From positions 4,630 through 68,629 of the forward strand of contig NZ_CAXBJW010000012.1 in NCBI RefSeq assembly GCF_963976325.1: a stretch of DNA of 64,000 nucleotides. Reading direction: 5' to 3'. The DNA is from an uncultured Pseudosulfitobacter sp. (lineage in GTDB: Bacteria > Pseudomonadota > Alphaproteobacteria > Rhodobacterales > Rhodobacteraceae). The translations under genes were made by a program, and so were the position numbers. The notes beneath the pieces are model-generated. The model had not been told where the DNA came from and made no database searches. It saw only the letters and a list, made by a program, of their open reading frames with translations. This document shows, piece after piece, positions 54,954 through 64,000 of the stretch (positions within the stretch are counted from its first letter, which is position 1; every line of letters starts with the position of its first letter).

Positions 54954-55871
54954 CTAAAGCATCCCGCTGTCGCGCACGTCCTTGCTGATGCGGTCGATCA
55001 CGAAATCCATGAACAGGCGGGTTTTCGGGTCCTGCCGTTTGCGGTGGGTGAACAGGCACGCCATCTGGATCGGCTCGGGCGGGGTGGCTGTGGCCACGGG
55101 CACCAGCCGTCCGGCGCGCAGGTGGTCGGCGACCTCGAAGATCGGTTTCAGCACGATCCCTTGCCCCGCCAGCGCCCAGTCGATCAGCACGTCGCCGTCG
55201 TCGGATTCGTAGCGCCCCGTCACGGCAAAGCGTTTCGGCCCCTCGGGTGTCATCAGCCGCCACTGAAATTCCGGCGCGCCGGGAAAGCGCAGGTTCAGGC
55301 ATTCGTGGCGGTCGGTCACCAGCGCCTCGCCCGACACCGGATTGCCGCGCGCGGCGATATAGTCCGGGGCGGCGCACAGCACCCGTTCCACATCGGCGAT
55401 CTTGCGGATGCGCAGGGTGCTGTCCTCGGGCTGACCCAGGAAAAACGCCAGATCCAGCCCCTCGGTGGTCAGATCCACCTTGCGGTCGGTCAGGCGCAGG
55501 CGCACGGACACCTCGGGGTAGGCTTTCAGAAACGCCGGCACCTGCGGCGCGATCAGGCGGCGGCCGACACCCAGCGGGGCGGCCACGAACAGCGCGCCCT
55601 TGGGGTTGTCGGTGATCGACACCACCTGTGCCTCGGCGTTGTCGACCGATTCCAGTATCTCGCAGGCCCCGCTGTAAAACGCCTTGCCCTGCTCGGTCGG
55701 GGTCAGGCTGCGGGTGGTGCGCTGGAACAGGCGCACGCTCAGATGATCCTCAAGCTGGGAAATCCGCGACGAGGTCACTGCCGGAGAAATGCGCAAATCG
55801 CGCCCCGCTGCGGACATACTGCCCAATTCGTAGACACGCACAAAGGTGCGGATATTATCAAGATAGGACAT
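54954..55871 (-). CDS. LysR family transcriptional regulator
   Basis: 305 aa. HTH is FVRVYELGSMSAAGRDLRISPAVTSSRISQLEDHLSVRLFQRTTR. Divergent from puuD. Confidence 0.9.
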   Translation of the reverse strand: MSYLDNIRTFVRVYELGSMSAAGRDLRISPAVTSSRISQLEDHLSVRLFQRTTRSLTPTEQGKAFYSGACEILESVDNAEAQVVSITDNPKGALFVAAPLGVGRRLIAPQVPAFLKAYPEVSVRLRLTDRKVDLTTEGLDLAFFLGQPEDSTLRIRKIADVERVLCAAPDYIAARGNPVSGEALVTDRHECLNLRFPGAPEFQWRLMTPEGPKRFAVTGRYESDDGDVLIDWALAGQGIVLKPIFEVADHLRAGRLVPVATATPPEPIQMACLFTHRKRQDPKTRLFMDFVIDRISKDVRDSGML

Positions 55872-55971
55872 TGTTCTGATTTTTTTGATGCTGCTTGGTC
55901 TTTTGCGCTAATAGCAGAAGAATGTCCAAACGCCTAGAGTGGCGGGACATAGGAATCGAGGGAGAAGTGCC

Positions 55972-57204
55972 ATGTATGATCTGGCTGTCTTGTGGGACTG
56001 GGCCGCGTTCGCTGTCCGCTGGTTGCATGTTGTCACCGCGATGGCATGGATCGGCGCGTCGTTCTTTTTCATCGCTTTGGATCTGGGGCTGAAAAAAGCG
56101 CCCAACATGCCCTTTGGCGTCAACGGTGAAGAATGGCAGGTGCACGGCGGCGGGTTCTATCACATCCAGAAGTATCTGGTGGCGCCGGAAAACATGCCGG
56201 AACACCTGATCTGGCACAAATGGCAAAGCTACATCACATGGGTGTCGGGGGCGGCGCTGTTGATGATCGTCTATTGGGTCGGCGGCGAGCTGTTCCTGCT
56301 GGACCCGACCAAGGCCGATCTGGCGCTGTGGCAAGGCATTCTGATTTCCGGTGGATCGCTGACGATTGGCTGGCTCCTGTACGATCTGATGTGCAAATCC
56401 AGGCTGGGCGAAACGCCGACCGTGCTGATGCTGTTGCTGTTCGTGATCCTGGTGGTGATGTCCTGGGGCTATAACCAGATTTTCACCGGCCGCGCGGCGC
56501 TGCTGCATCTGGGGGCGTTTACGGCGACGATCATGACGGCCAACGTGTTTTTCATCATCATGCCGAACCAGCGCATCGTGGTCAAAGACCTGCAAGAAGG
56601 GCGCACGCCCGACCCCAAATACGGCAAGATCGCCAAGCTGCGGTCGACCCACAACAATTACCTGACGCTGCCTGTCGTCTTCCTGATGCTGTCCACGCAT
56701 TACCCGCTGTCGTTTGCGACTGAATACAGTTGGATCATCGCCAGCCTTGTGTTCCTGACCGGCGTGACCATCCGGCACTATTTCAACACCATGCACGCCA
56801 CCGGCAAGGGGCCGCACTGGACGTGGGGCGTGACGGTGATCCTGTTCATCCTGATCGCGTGGCTGTCCACGGCGTCGATGAACGACACCTATGAGGAGGC
56901 CGAGGCGCGGCCCCTGACCGCGACCGAACAGCGGTTTGCATCGGCCGAGGGGTTTGACGCGGCCTATGATGCGGTGATTTCCAACTGTTCCATGTGCCAC
57001 GCCCGCGAGCCGGTTTGGCAGGGGCTGCAATGGCCGCCCAAGGGCGTGCTGCTGGAAACCAAAAGCGACGTGGTACGCCATGCGCCGCAGATCTACATGC
57101 AGGCGGGGCTAAGCCACGCGATGCCGCCGCCCAGTGCGGTGCAGATGGACGATGAGGCGCGGCGTCAGATTGTGGCGTGGGTGCGGTCGGCGTCGGGGGA
57201 TTAG
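55972..57204 (+). CDS. puuD: membrane urate hydroxylase PuuD (cytochrome c-containing)
   Basis: Frame of ORF 55939..57204. Start placed at MYDLAVLWDW with a GAGGGAGA RBS. Polytopic membrane N-terminus (RWLHVVTAMAWIGASFFFIALD). C-terminal CxxCH heme motif (NCSMCHA). Confidence 0.8.
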   Translation: MYDLAVLWDWAAFAVRWLHVVTAMAWIGASFFFIALDLGLKKAPNMPFGVNGEEWQVHGGGFYHIQKYLVAPENMPEHLIWHKWQSYITWVSGAALLMIVYWVGGELFLLDPTKADLALWQGILISGGSLTIGWLLYDLMCKSRLGETPTVLMLLLFVILVVMSWGYNQIFTGRAALLHLGAFTATIMTANVFFIIMPNQRIVVKDLQEGRTPDPKYGKIAKLRSTHNNYLTLPVVFLMLSTHYPLSFATEYSWIIASLVFLTGVTIRHYFNTMHATGKGPHWTWGVTVILFILIAWLSTASMNDTYEEAEARPLTATEQRFASAEGFDAAYDAVISNCSMCHAREPVWQGLQWPPKGVLLETKSDVVRHAPQIYMQAGLSHAMPPPSAVQMDDEARRQIVAWVRSASGD

Positions 57205-57222
57205 GGCGGGTTAAGCCGCCAC

Positions 57223-57404
57223 TCACCAAAGCCCGGAACAAGGCACGCAGTGCCGCCGGGCAGCGCCCGACCGCCCCATGGGCGGGCGCTTCCTCACCGT
57301 ATTGCGATTCATCTGCCCCACGCCAAAGACTAGAAATAAAGTGGTCGCCACTGATGTTCCGATGCCCACCCGCGGTCGGGCGCTGCCCTGTGTGGCTGGG
57401 TCAC
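57223..57404. repeat. structured intergenic repeat, copy B (RIME/MITE-like)
   Basis: Same blocks as copy A. 17-bp inverted repeat at 57258-57274 / 57372-57388. Lies in the convergent gap between puuD and the second LysR gene. Confidence 0.7.
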
Positions 57405-57424
57405 TCTGGGCACATTCTCGACTG

Positions 57425-58327
57425 CTAACCCGCAGGCAACAGCCCCTCGCACTGCTTCACCACGAAATCGACGAACAGCCGCACCTTCGGGTCCTGCAAC
57501 TTCTTGTGCGGATACAAACACCCAAAGATCATGGGCACCGGCGGCGTATCAGGCAGCACCTCGACCAGATCGCCGCGCGCCAGATGCGCCGCCACATCAA
57601 AGCGTGGCTTGTTCACGATCCCGCGCCCGTCCAGCGCCCAATCGGTCAGCACATCGCCGTCATCGGCATCGTATTTTCCCGCCACCTCCAGCTTGCGCGG
57701 CCCTTGGGCGGTGTCCAGCGTCCAGAAATACTCGGGCGAGCGGGGGTAGCGCAGCAGCAAACAGTTGTGCTCCATCAGGTCGTCAGGCCCCGCAGGCGTG
57801 CCCCGTTGCGCCAGATAGCGCGGGGCGGCGCACAGCACGCGGGCGCAATCCGCGATCTTGCGCAGCTTCATGTTTGAATCCCCCGGCGTGCCGATGAAAA
57901 ACGCGATGTCCAGACCGTCGGCCAATATGTCCACCTTGCGATCCGACAGACGCATCCGCACCCGTGTTTCGGGAAAGGCATCGACGAATCGCGGCACCAG
58001 CGGGGCGATCAAACGGCGACCGGCCCCCAGCGGCGCGGTGATCTGGATGGTGCCGCGTGGCTGGGCGGAATAATTCGCCACCTTGGCCTCTGCCGTCTCT
58101 AACGCGCCCAGAACCGACTTTGCCTCGTCATAGAACACATGCCCGACCTCGGTGGGGGACAGCGACCGCGTGGTGCGGTTGAACAGGCGCACGCCCAGGT
58201 GTTTTTCCAGTTCCTTGATACGCTTGCTGGCCACAGCGGGGGTCAGCCGCAGGTCGCGGCCACCCGAGGTGATGCTGCCCAGTTCGACCACGCGCACGAA
58301 CACTTTCAGGCTTTCGATATAGGACAT
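57425..58327 (-). CDS. LysR family transcriptional regulator (paralog of 54954-55871)
   Basis: Frame of ORF 57425..58513. Start placed at MSYIESLKVFVRVVELGSITSGGRDLRLTPAVASKRIKELEKHLGVRLFNRTTR. Divergent from xdhA. Confidence 0.9.
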   Translation of the reverse strand: MSYIESLKVFVRVVELGSITSGGRDLRLTPAVASKRIKELEKHLGVRLFNRTTRSLSPTEVGHVFYDEAKSVLGALETAEAKVANYSAQPRGTIQITAPLGAGRRLIAPLVPRFVDAFPETRVRMRLSDRKVDILADGLDIAFFIGTPGDSNMKLRKIADCARVLCAAPRYLAQRGTPAGPDDLMEHNCLLLRYPRSPEYFWTLDTAQGPRKLEVAGKYDADDGDVLTDWALDGRGIVNKPRFDVAAHLARGDLVEVLPDTPPVPMIFGCLYPHKKLQDPKVRLFVDFVVKQCEGLLPAG

Positions 58328-58506
58328 GGGTGCGGTTTCCCTGGCTGTTGGCGGTGCCCTTATAGTCCCGTTTCGCAGATCCATTATCAACGTTTTGTTG
58401 AAAGTATTTTCCAAAAGGCGCTGTTTTTCGGTGCAGTCGGGTGACGTATCGTTCCTCAAATCCGGCCCGGCCAACCGCCGACGGATCACCCCACAGGAGG
58501 CCCCCC

Positions 58507-59970
58507 ATGACACACCGCACCCACATCCGCTTTGTTCTGAATGGCCGCGAGGTGACGGTGCCTGACGTGGGTGCCAGCCAGACCTTGCTGGATTTCCTGC
58601 GGCTGGACCGGCGCATGACCGGCACCAAGGAAGGCTGCGCCGAGGGCGATTGCGGGGCGTGTACCGTGCTGGTCGGACGGCTGGGGGCCGACGGTCTGAG
58701 CTATGCGCCGGTCAATGCCTGCATCCGGTTTCTGGCGTCGGTGGATGGCTGTCATGTGGTGACCATTGAACATCTGTCCGGCCCCGACGGGCGGCTGCAT
58801 CCGGTGCAACAGGCGATGGTGGACCATCACGGCAGCCAGTGCGGGTTTTGCACGCCGGGCTTTGTGATGTCCCTCTATGCGCTGTGGATGGCGGTGCCCG
58901 AGCCGGCGGAAACGCAGGTGGAAACCGCTTTGCAAGGCAACCTGTGCCGCTGCACCGGCTATGCCCCGATCATCCGCGCCGCCGTGGCGGTCAGCCGTTA
59001 CGGGTCACCCGCCGCCGACTATCTGAACACCGAGCGTGCCAGCGTCACGGCGCAACTGACGGCACTGCGGGACGGAGTGCGGATCGTAACAGGGCCGGCG
59101 GATGATCTGGCGATATTGCCTGCGGATGTGGACGATCTGGCGGCGGCGCTGCTGGAGTATCCCGACGCCACGCTGATCGCCGGGGCGACCGATGTGGGCC
59201 TGTGGGTCACGAAATTCCTGCGCCCGATTGGCCCCGCGATTTTCATGGGCCAACTGGACGCGCTGAAGGCGGTGCAGGTAAAGCGCGACGCGCTGCACAT
59301 CGGGGCAGGGGCCAGTTACACCGACTGTCAGGATGCCATCGCGGACCATTTCCCGCATCTTTCCCCCTATTGGGACCGCATCGCGGGCTGGCAGGTGCGC
59401 AATATGGGCACCGTGGGTGGCAACATCGCCAACGGCTCGCCCATCGGCGACACGCCGCCGGTGCTGATCGCGCTGGGGGCGGACATCACCCTGCGATGCG
59501 GTGATGTGCGGCGGGTGCTGCCGCTGGAGCGGTTTTTCATTGACTACGGCAAACAGGACCGCGCGGCGGGCGAGTTTGTCGAAAGCATCCGCGTGCCGCT
59601 GCCCGCGCAGGGGCAGATCGACGCCGCCTACAAGATCTCGAAACGGCGGGACGAGGATATTTCATCGGTCGCCGCAGGCATCAGTGTAATCCGCGACGGC
59701 GATACGATCACCGATGTGCGGATCGCCTTTGGCGGGATGGCGGCGACGCCGAAACGGGCAGCACAGGCCGAGGCGGCTTTGCGGGGTGCGGTGTGGTCCG
59801 AGGGGACCTTTGAGCAGGCGGCACAGGCTTTGGCGCAGGACTTTGCCCCGCTCAGCGATTGGCGGGCCTCGGCGGACTACCGGATGCTGGCGGCCCAGAA
59901 CCTGCTGCGCCGGTTCTTTCTGGAACATGACGACGCGACGGCTGCGCCGGTGCAACTGGCCATAGCGTAA
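58507..59970 (+). CDS. xdhA: xanthine dehydrogenase small subunit ([2Fe-2S] + FAD-binding)
   Basis: Frame of ORF 58441..59970. Start placed at MTHRTHIRFVLNG with a CAGGAGG RBS. Contains GCAEGDCGACTV and CGFCTPGF...CRCTGY, followed by an FAD-binding domain. Confidence 0.9.
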   Translation: MTHRTHIRFVLNGREVTVPDVGASQTLLDFLRLDRRMTGTKEGCAEGDCGACTVLVGRLGADGLSYAPVNACIRFLASVDGCHVVTIEHLSGPDGRLHPVQQAMVDHHGSQCGFCTPGFVMSLYALWMAVPEPAETQVETALQGNLCRCTGYAPIIRAAVAVSRYGSPAADYLNTERASVTAQLTALRDGVRIVTGPADDLAILPADVDDLAAALLEYPDATLIAGATDVGLWVTKFLRPIGPAIFMGQLDALKAVQVKRDALHIGAGASYTDCQDAIADHFPHLSPYWDRIAGWQVRNMGTVGGNIANGSPIGDTPPVLIALGADITLRCGDVRRVLPLERFFIDYGKQDRAAGEFVESIRVPLPAQGQIDAAYKISKRRDEDISSVAAGISVIRDGDTITDVRIAFGGMAATPKRAAQAEAALRGAVWSEGTFEQAAQALAQDFAPLSDWRASADYRMLAAQNLLRRFFLEHDDATAAPVQLAIA

Positions 59971-59984
59971 GAGAGGGTATTGCG

Positions 59985-62303
59985 ATGAAAGACGAACTTT
60001 CCATCCGCGGCGCGGTCCACACCGACCGCATCCACGACAGTGCGATCAAACATGTGACGGGGTCTGCGGATTACACCGACGACATCCCCCAGCCCCAAGG
60101 CACGCTGCACGCTTACCTGGGCGTGTCGAACGTGGCGCACGCGACGCTGAACGCGATTGACCTAAGCGCGGTGCGCACCGCCCCCGGCGTGGTCGGGGTG
60201 CTGACCGCCGCCGATGTGCCGGGCAGCAACGACATCAGCCCCACGGGGCAAAACGACGAGCCGGTGTTCCCCACCGACAAGATCGAATACCACGGCCAGC
60301 CGCTGTTTGCGGTGGTCGCAGACACCCGCGATGCCGCGCGCCGTGCAGCAGAATTGGCGCAGGTGGATTGCGCCGTTCTGCCGCACGCGCTGGATGTGGG
60401 GGCCGCGCAAGAGGCCGGATACCCCCATGTCACAGCACCCTTGAAACTGGAGCGTGGCACGGTCGATGACGGCTTTGCCGCCGCGCCGAACCGCCTTCAG
60501 GGGCGGATCACCATTGGCGGGCAGGATCATATGTATCTGGAAGGGCAGATCGCCTTTGCCATTCCCGGCGAGGATGACGACGTGGTGGTGCATTGCAGCA
60601 CCCAGCACCCGTCCGAGGCGCAGCATATGGTGGCCCATGCGCTGGGTGTACCGTCCAATGCGGTCACCGTGAACGTGCGGCGCATGGGCGGCGGGTTTGG
60701 CGGCAAGGAAAGCCAGATGAACCTGTTCTGCGTGGTTGCGGCCATGGCCGCAAAGAAATGGAACCGCGCGGTGAAAATCCGCCCTGACCGCGATCAGGAC
60801 ATGACCGCCACCGGCAAGCGGCACGATTTCGTGGTGGATTACGACGTGGGCTTTGACGACGACGGTCGCATTCAGGCGGTCGAAAGCTGCTTTGCCGCGC
60901 GCTGTGGCTATTCGTCGGACCTGTCCGGTCCGGTGACCGACCGCGCGTTGTTTCACGCCGACAACGCCTATTTCTACCCGCATGTGCGCCTGACCAGCCG
61001 CCCGATGAAGACGAATACAGTCTCGAACACGGCCTTTCGCGGCTTTGGCGGGCCGCAGGGTGTCGTCGCTGCCGAACGGATGATCGAAGAGATTGCATAC
61101 GCCACGGGCCGCGATCCGCTGGACGTGCGCAAGGTGAATTTCTATGGCGATGCGGGGCGGGATCTGACGCCGTACCACCAGCCGGTGCAGGACAATATCA
61201 TTGGCCGGCTGGTGGACGAGCTGGAGGAAGCCGCCGCCTATCGCGAGCGGCGGGCGGAGATTGTGGCCTTTAACGCAAGTTCCAAGGTTCTGAAAAAGGG
61301 CATCGCCCTGACGCCTGTCAAATTCGGCATTTCGTTCACCGCCACCCACTACAATCAGGCCGGTGCGCTGGTGCATGTTTACTCTGACGGGTCCATCGCG
61401 CTGAACCACGGCGGCACCGAGATGGGGCAGGGGCTGAACACCAAGGTGGCGCAGGTTGTGGCCGATGCGTTTCAGGTGGACTTTGACCGCATCAAGATCA
61501 CCAAAACCACCACGGAAAAGGTGCCGAACACCTCCGCCACTGCCGCCTCGTCCGGGTCGGACCTGAACGGGATGGCGGCGCTGAACGCGGTTGAACAGAT
61601 CAAGGGGCGGTTGGTCGCGTTCGCCGCCGAGAAATGGGGCGTGGCGCCCGAAGATGTACGGTTTCTGCCCAATCTTGTACAAGTTGGCACCGACACGCTG
61701 ACCTTCGACAGCTTCATCAAACAGGCCTACATGGCGCGTGTGCAACTTTCGGCGGCAGGGTTCTACAAAACCCCCGACATCCATTGGGACCGTGCCAGCG
61801 GCAAGGGGCGTCCGTTCTATTACTACGCCTATGGTGCGGCTTGTTCCGAGGTGACGATTGACACGCTGTCCGGCGAATACCGCGTCACGCGGACCGACAT
61901 CCTGCATGACGTGGGCCGGTCGCTGAACCCCGTTCTGGACAAGGGACAGGTCGAGGGCGCGTTCATTCAGGGCATGGGCTGGCTGACCACCGAGGAATTG
62001 TGGTGGGACGACAAGGGCGCGCTGCGCACCCATGCGCCGTCGACCTACAAGATCCCGCTGGCCAGCGACCGGCCGCGCATCTTCAACGTCAATCTGGCCG
62101 ACTGGTCCGAGAACCGCGAGCTGACGATCAAACGGTCCAAGGCCGTGGGCGAGCCGCCCTTCATGCTGGGCATTTCGGTGTTCGAGGCGCTGTCGATGGC
62201 GGTGGCTTCGGTGGCGGATTACACCGTCTGCCCGCGTCTGGATGCGCCCGCCACGCCTGAACGGGTGCTGATGGCGGTGGCGCGGTTGCGGGCGGGGGCG
62301 TGA
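59985..62303 (+). CDS. xdhB: xanthine dehydrogenase molybdopterin-binding subunit
   Basis: 772 aa. Contains GGGFGGKE, FRGFGGPQG and EPPFMLG, motifs typical of XdhB. Confidence 0.9.
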   Translation: MKDELSIRGAVHTDRIHDSAIKHVTGSADYTDDIPQPQGTLHAYLGVSNVAHATLNAIDLSAVRTAPGVVGVLTAADVPGSNDISPTGQNDEPVFPTDKIEYHGQPLFAVVADTRDAARRAAELAQVDCAVLPHALDVGAAQEAGYPHVTAPLKLERGTVDDGFAAAPNRLQGRITIGGQDHMYLEGQIAFAIPGEDDDVVVHCSTQHPSEAQHMVAHALGVPSNAVTVNVRRMGGGFGGKESQMNLFCVVAAMAAKKWNRAVKIRPDRDQDMTATGKRHDFVVDYDVGFDDDGRIQAVESCFAARCGYSSDLSGPVTDRALFHADNAYFYPHVRLTSRPMKTNTVSNTAFRGFGGPQGVVAAERMIEEIAYATGRDPLDVRKVNFYGDAGRDLTPYHQPVQDNIIGRLVDELEEAAAYRERRAEIVAFNASSKVLKKGIALTPVKFGISFTATHYNQAGALVHVYSDGSIALNHGGTEMGQGLNTKVAQVVADAFQVDFDRIKITKTTTEKVPNTSATAASSGSDLNGMAALNAVEQIKGRLVAFAAEKWGVAPEDVRFLPNLVQVGTDTLTFDSFIKQAYMARVQLSAAGFYKTPDIHWDRASGKGRPFYYYAYGAACSEVTIDTLSGEYRVTRTDILHDVGRSLNPVLDKGQVEGAFIQGMGWLTTEELWWDDKGALRTHAPSTYKIPLASDRPRIFNVNLADWSENRELTIKRSKAVGEPPFMLGISVFEALSMAVASVADYTVCPRLDAPATPERVLMAVARLRAGA

Positions 62304-62307
62304 CGCC

Positions 62308-63177
62308 ATGAGCGCGCTTGCTGATTTCCTGTCGGCCCATGCGTCGGTGATCTGCGTGACGCTGACCCGCGTGCGGGGGTCGTCGCCGCGCAATGCGGGC
62401 ACGCAGATGTTCGTGGCCCCGCAGGCGTTGTGCGGCACCATCGGCGGCGGACAACTTGAGCATATGGCGATTGAGCGCGCCCGTGCGATGCTGAGAGACG
62501 GCGCGCTGAACGCTGTGATGGACGTGCCGCTGGGGCCAGAGATTGGCCAGTGTTGCGGCGGGCGGGTCGAGCTGTCGCTGGTGCGGATGCGGCAGGGCGA
62601 CCGGCGCGCGGCGCTGAAACAGGCGCAACAGGCGCAGGCGGCCTTGCCTTCGGTTTACGTAATGGGCGCGGGCCATGTGGGCCGGGCGTTGGCGGACCAG
62701 TTGCAGCATTTGCCGGTAAACTGCGTGCTGGTCGACACCCGCCCCGAGGAACTGGCGCAGTGTCGCGCGGATGTGGACATGCGGTTCAGCATGATCCCCG
62801 AGGTCGAGATTGCGACCGCCCCTGCCGGCAGCGCCTTTGTCGTGCTGACGCATGATCACGGGCTGGACTTTCTGCTGACCTCGGCGGCGCTGGAACGGGG
62901 CGACGCGGCCTATGTGGGCATGATCGGGTCGGCCACCAAACGGGTGAAATTCCGCAACTGGCTGCGCGATCATTGCGACGGCCAAAGCATCGAAAACTTG
63001 AATTGCCCCATCGGGGCAAGCGGCAGCCGCGATAAGCGGCCCAGCGTCATTGCGGCCTTTGTGGTGGCCGAAGTGATGGCTGAATTGACCTCTGAAACTG
63101 CCGCGACTGCCCCTTTTGGGGAAAACGAAGCGCCCGGAGGGGGCGCACAAACAGACCGGGCAGGGAGGACCGCCTGA
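62308..63177 (+). CDS. xdhC: xanthine dehydrogenase accessory protein XdhC
   Basis: 289 aa. Contains VTLTRVRGSSPRNAGTQM...GTIGGGQLE and YVMGAGHVGRAL. Immediately follows xdhB. Confidence 0.85.
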   Translation: MSALADFLSAHASVICVTLTRVRGSSPRNAGTQMFVAPQALCGTIGGGQLEHMAIERARAMLRDGALNAVMDVPLGPEIGQCCGGRVELSLVRMRQGDRRAALKQAQQAQAALPSVYVMGAGHVGRALADQLQHLPVNCVLVDTRPEELAQCRADVDMRFSMIPEVEIATAPAGSAFVVLTHDHGLDFLLTSAALERGDAAYVGMIGSATKRVKFRNWLRDHCDGQSIENLNCPIGASGSRDKRPSVIAAFVVAEVMAELTSETAATAPFGENEAPGGGAQTDRAGRTA

Positions 63178-63219
63178 CATCAGGCGTGCGTGTCCGGTCG
63201 CAGTGGAGGAGTGCCCGTC

Positions 63220-64000
63220 ATGGACGGCAAAACATACAATTACAGACTGTTCGCGCGCAGTGATTTCAGCGCGTTCTGGGCGTTGTTCACCGACAACCTG
63301 ATCAACCTGATCGTGCTGGCGGGGGTGTGCCAGTTCGTGTTCGACATGCCCGCGGCCATCGTGTTCGGACGCATCCTGCCCGGGGCTGCGGTGGCGATCA
63401 TGGCGGGGGTTGCGGTGTACACATGGCTGGCCAAACGCGCCGCCACGCGGGCGGGGCGGGATTTCACCGCACTGCCTTACGGCATTTCGACGCCGGTGAT
63501 GTTTGTCTATCTGTTCGGCGTGATCGGCCCGATTTACTGGGCCACGAATGACCCGCTGCTGGCGTGGCAGGTGGGCATCGGCGCGGGGTTCATGGGCGGT
63601 ATTGTCGCGGCGATGGGGGCCATTGTCGGCCCCTTGCTGAAACGTGTGACACCGCGCGCGGGGATGCTGGGCACGCTGTGTGGCATCGCGCTGGTGTTCA
63701 TCGGCACGGTGCCCTTGGCCACGGTGTTCGAAGACCCCTATGTCGGCTTTGCGTCGATGATCATCATCCTGTGGGGGCTGGTCGGGCGGTTTCGGCTGCC
63801 GTTCAACATGCCCGCCGGTCTGCTGGCGCTGATCGTCGGCACCGTGGTGGCATTGGGCATGGGCAAGGCCAGCGTCAGTTTCGAGGGCGTCGCGTTCTAT
63901 CCGCCGCTGCCCTATTTCGGCGACCTGATCGTGGGCATCCAGCATCTGTTTGCCAACCCCGAGCTGTTTCTGGTTCTGGTGCCGGTGCAGATCTACAATT
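63220..64000 (+). CDS. polytopic membrane permease, probably a nucleobase (xanthine/uracil-type) transporter; 5' part, runs off the right edge
   Basis: Not in the ORF track because it has no stop in the window. My translation from ATG 63220 gives MDGKTYNYRLFARSDFSAFWALFTDNLINLIVLAGVCQFVF...GISTPVMFVYLFGVIGPIYW...; it is strongly hydrophobic. The family call rests mainly on its position after xdhABC. Confidence 0.5.
   Translation, partial: MDGKTYNYRLFARSDFSAFWALFTDNLINLIVLAGVCQFVFDMPAAIVFGRILPGAAVAIMAGVAVYTWLAKRAATRAGRDFTALPYGISTPVMFVYLFGVIGPIYWATNDPLLAWQVGIGAGFMGGIVAAMGAIVGPLLKRVTPRAGMLGTLCGIALVFIGTVPLATVFEDPYVGFASMIIILWGLVGRFRLPFNMPAGLLALIVGTVVALGMGKASVSFEGVAFYPPLPYFGDLIVGIQHLFANPELFLVLVPVQIYN

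Overview
High-GC alphaproteobacterial DNA, Rhodobacteraceae-like by protein content. It appears to come from an extrachromosomal replicon (plasmid or chromid). The replication and partition module sits at about 25.7-30.8 kb. It holds a DnaA-like replication initiator, an AT-rich TGTCAC iteron region, divergent parA/parB, and three copies of an 18-bp palindromic parS-like site. A translationally coupled DUF1403-like/ScpB-like pair lies next to it. The rest of the window is densely packed catabolic and transport DNA: (1) 0-14.8 kb holds a Mo-hydroxylase (XDH family) + HyuA-like operon, fpr, and a poorly characterised four-gene module (6-hydroxynicotinate-reductase-like Fe-S protein, UPF0280-like protein, two 'amino acid synthesis family' paralogs). 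A Rieske oxygenase, a Liv-type ABC importer and a MarR regulator follow. (2) 14.9-22.7 kb is a minus-strand Dpp/Opp-type ABC operon ending in glycerophosphodiesterase, HAD phosphatase and a sugar-phosphate isomerase-like gene. (3) purU and an orphan RTX calcium-binding protein come next. (4) 31-38.5 kb holds an RraA-like protein, an M20 amidohydrolase and a second Dpp-type ABC importer. (5) 38.5-50.7 kb is an 'amide' island: FAD oxidase, polyamine-type ABC importer, AMP-ligase, amidohydrolase, two amidases and IclR. (6) A lower-GC TPR/glycosyltransferase-like gene follows. (7) 52-64 kb is a purine/urate catabolic locus with allA, the puuE-uraD fusion, uraH, membrane urate hydroxylase puuD, xdhABC, two LysR paralogs and a permease. 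I saw no rRNA, tRNA, CRISPR array or intact IS element. The observations most worth following up are the uncharacterised Hnr-like/UPF0280/AA-synthesis module with its shared operator motif, the DUF1403-ScpB pair beside the origin, and a structured about 180-230 bp intergenic repeat present twice with compensatory stem changes. The low-GC TPR-glycosyltransferase-like insertion is also worth a look. All functional calls come from my own recognition of motifs and families in the translated ORFs. No database search was run.
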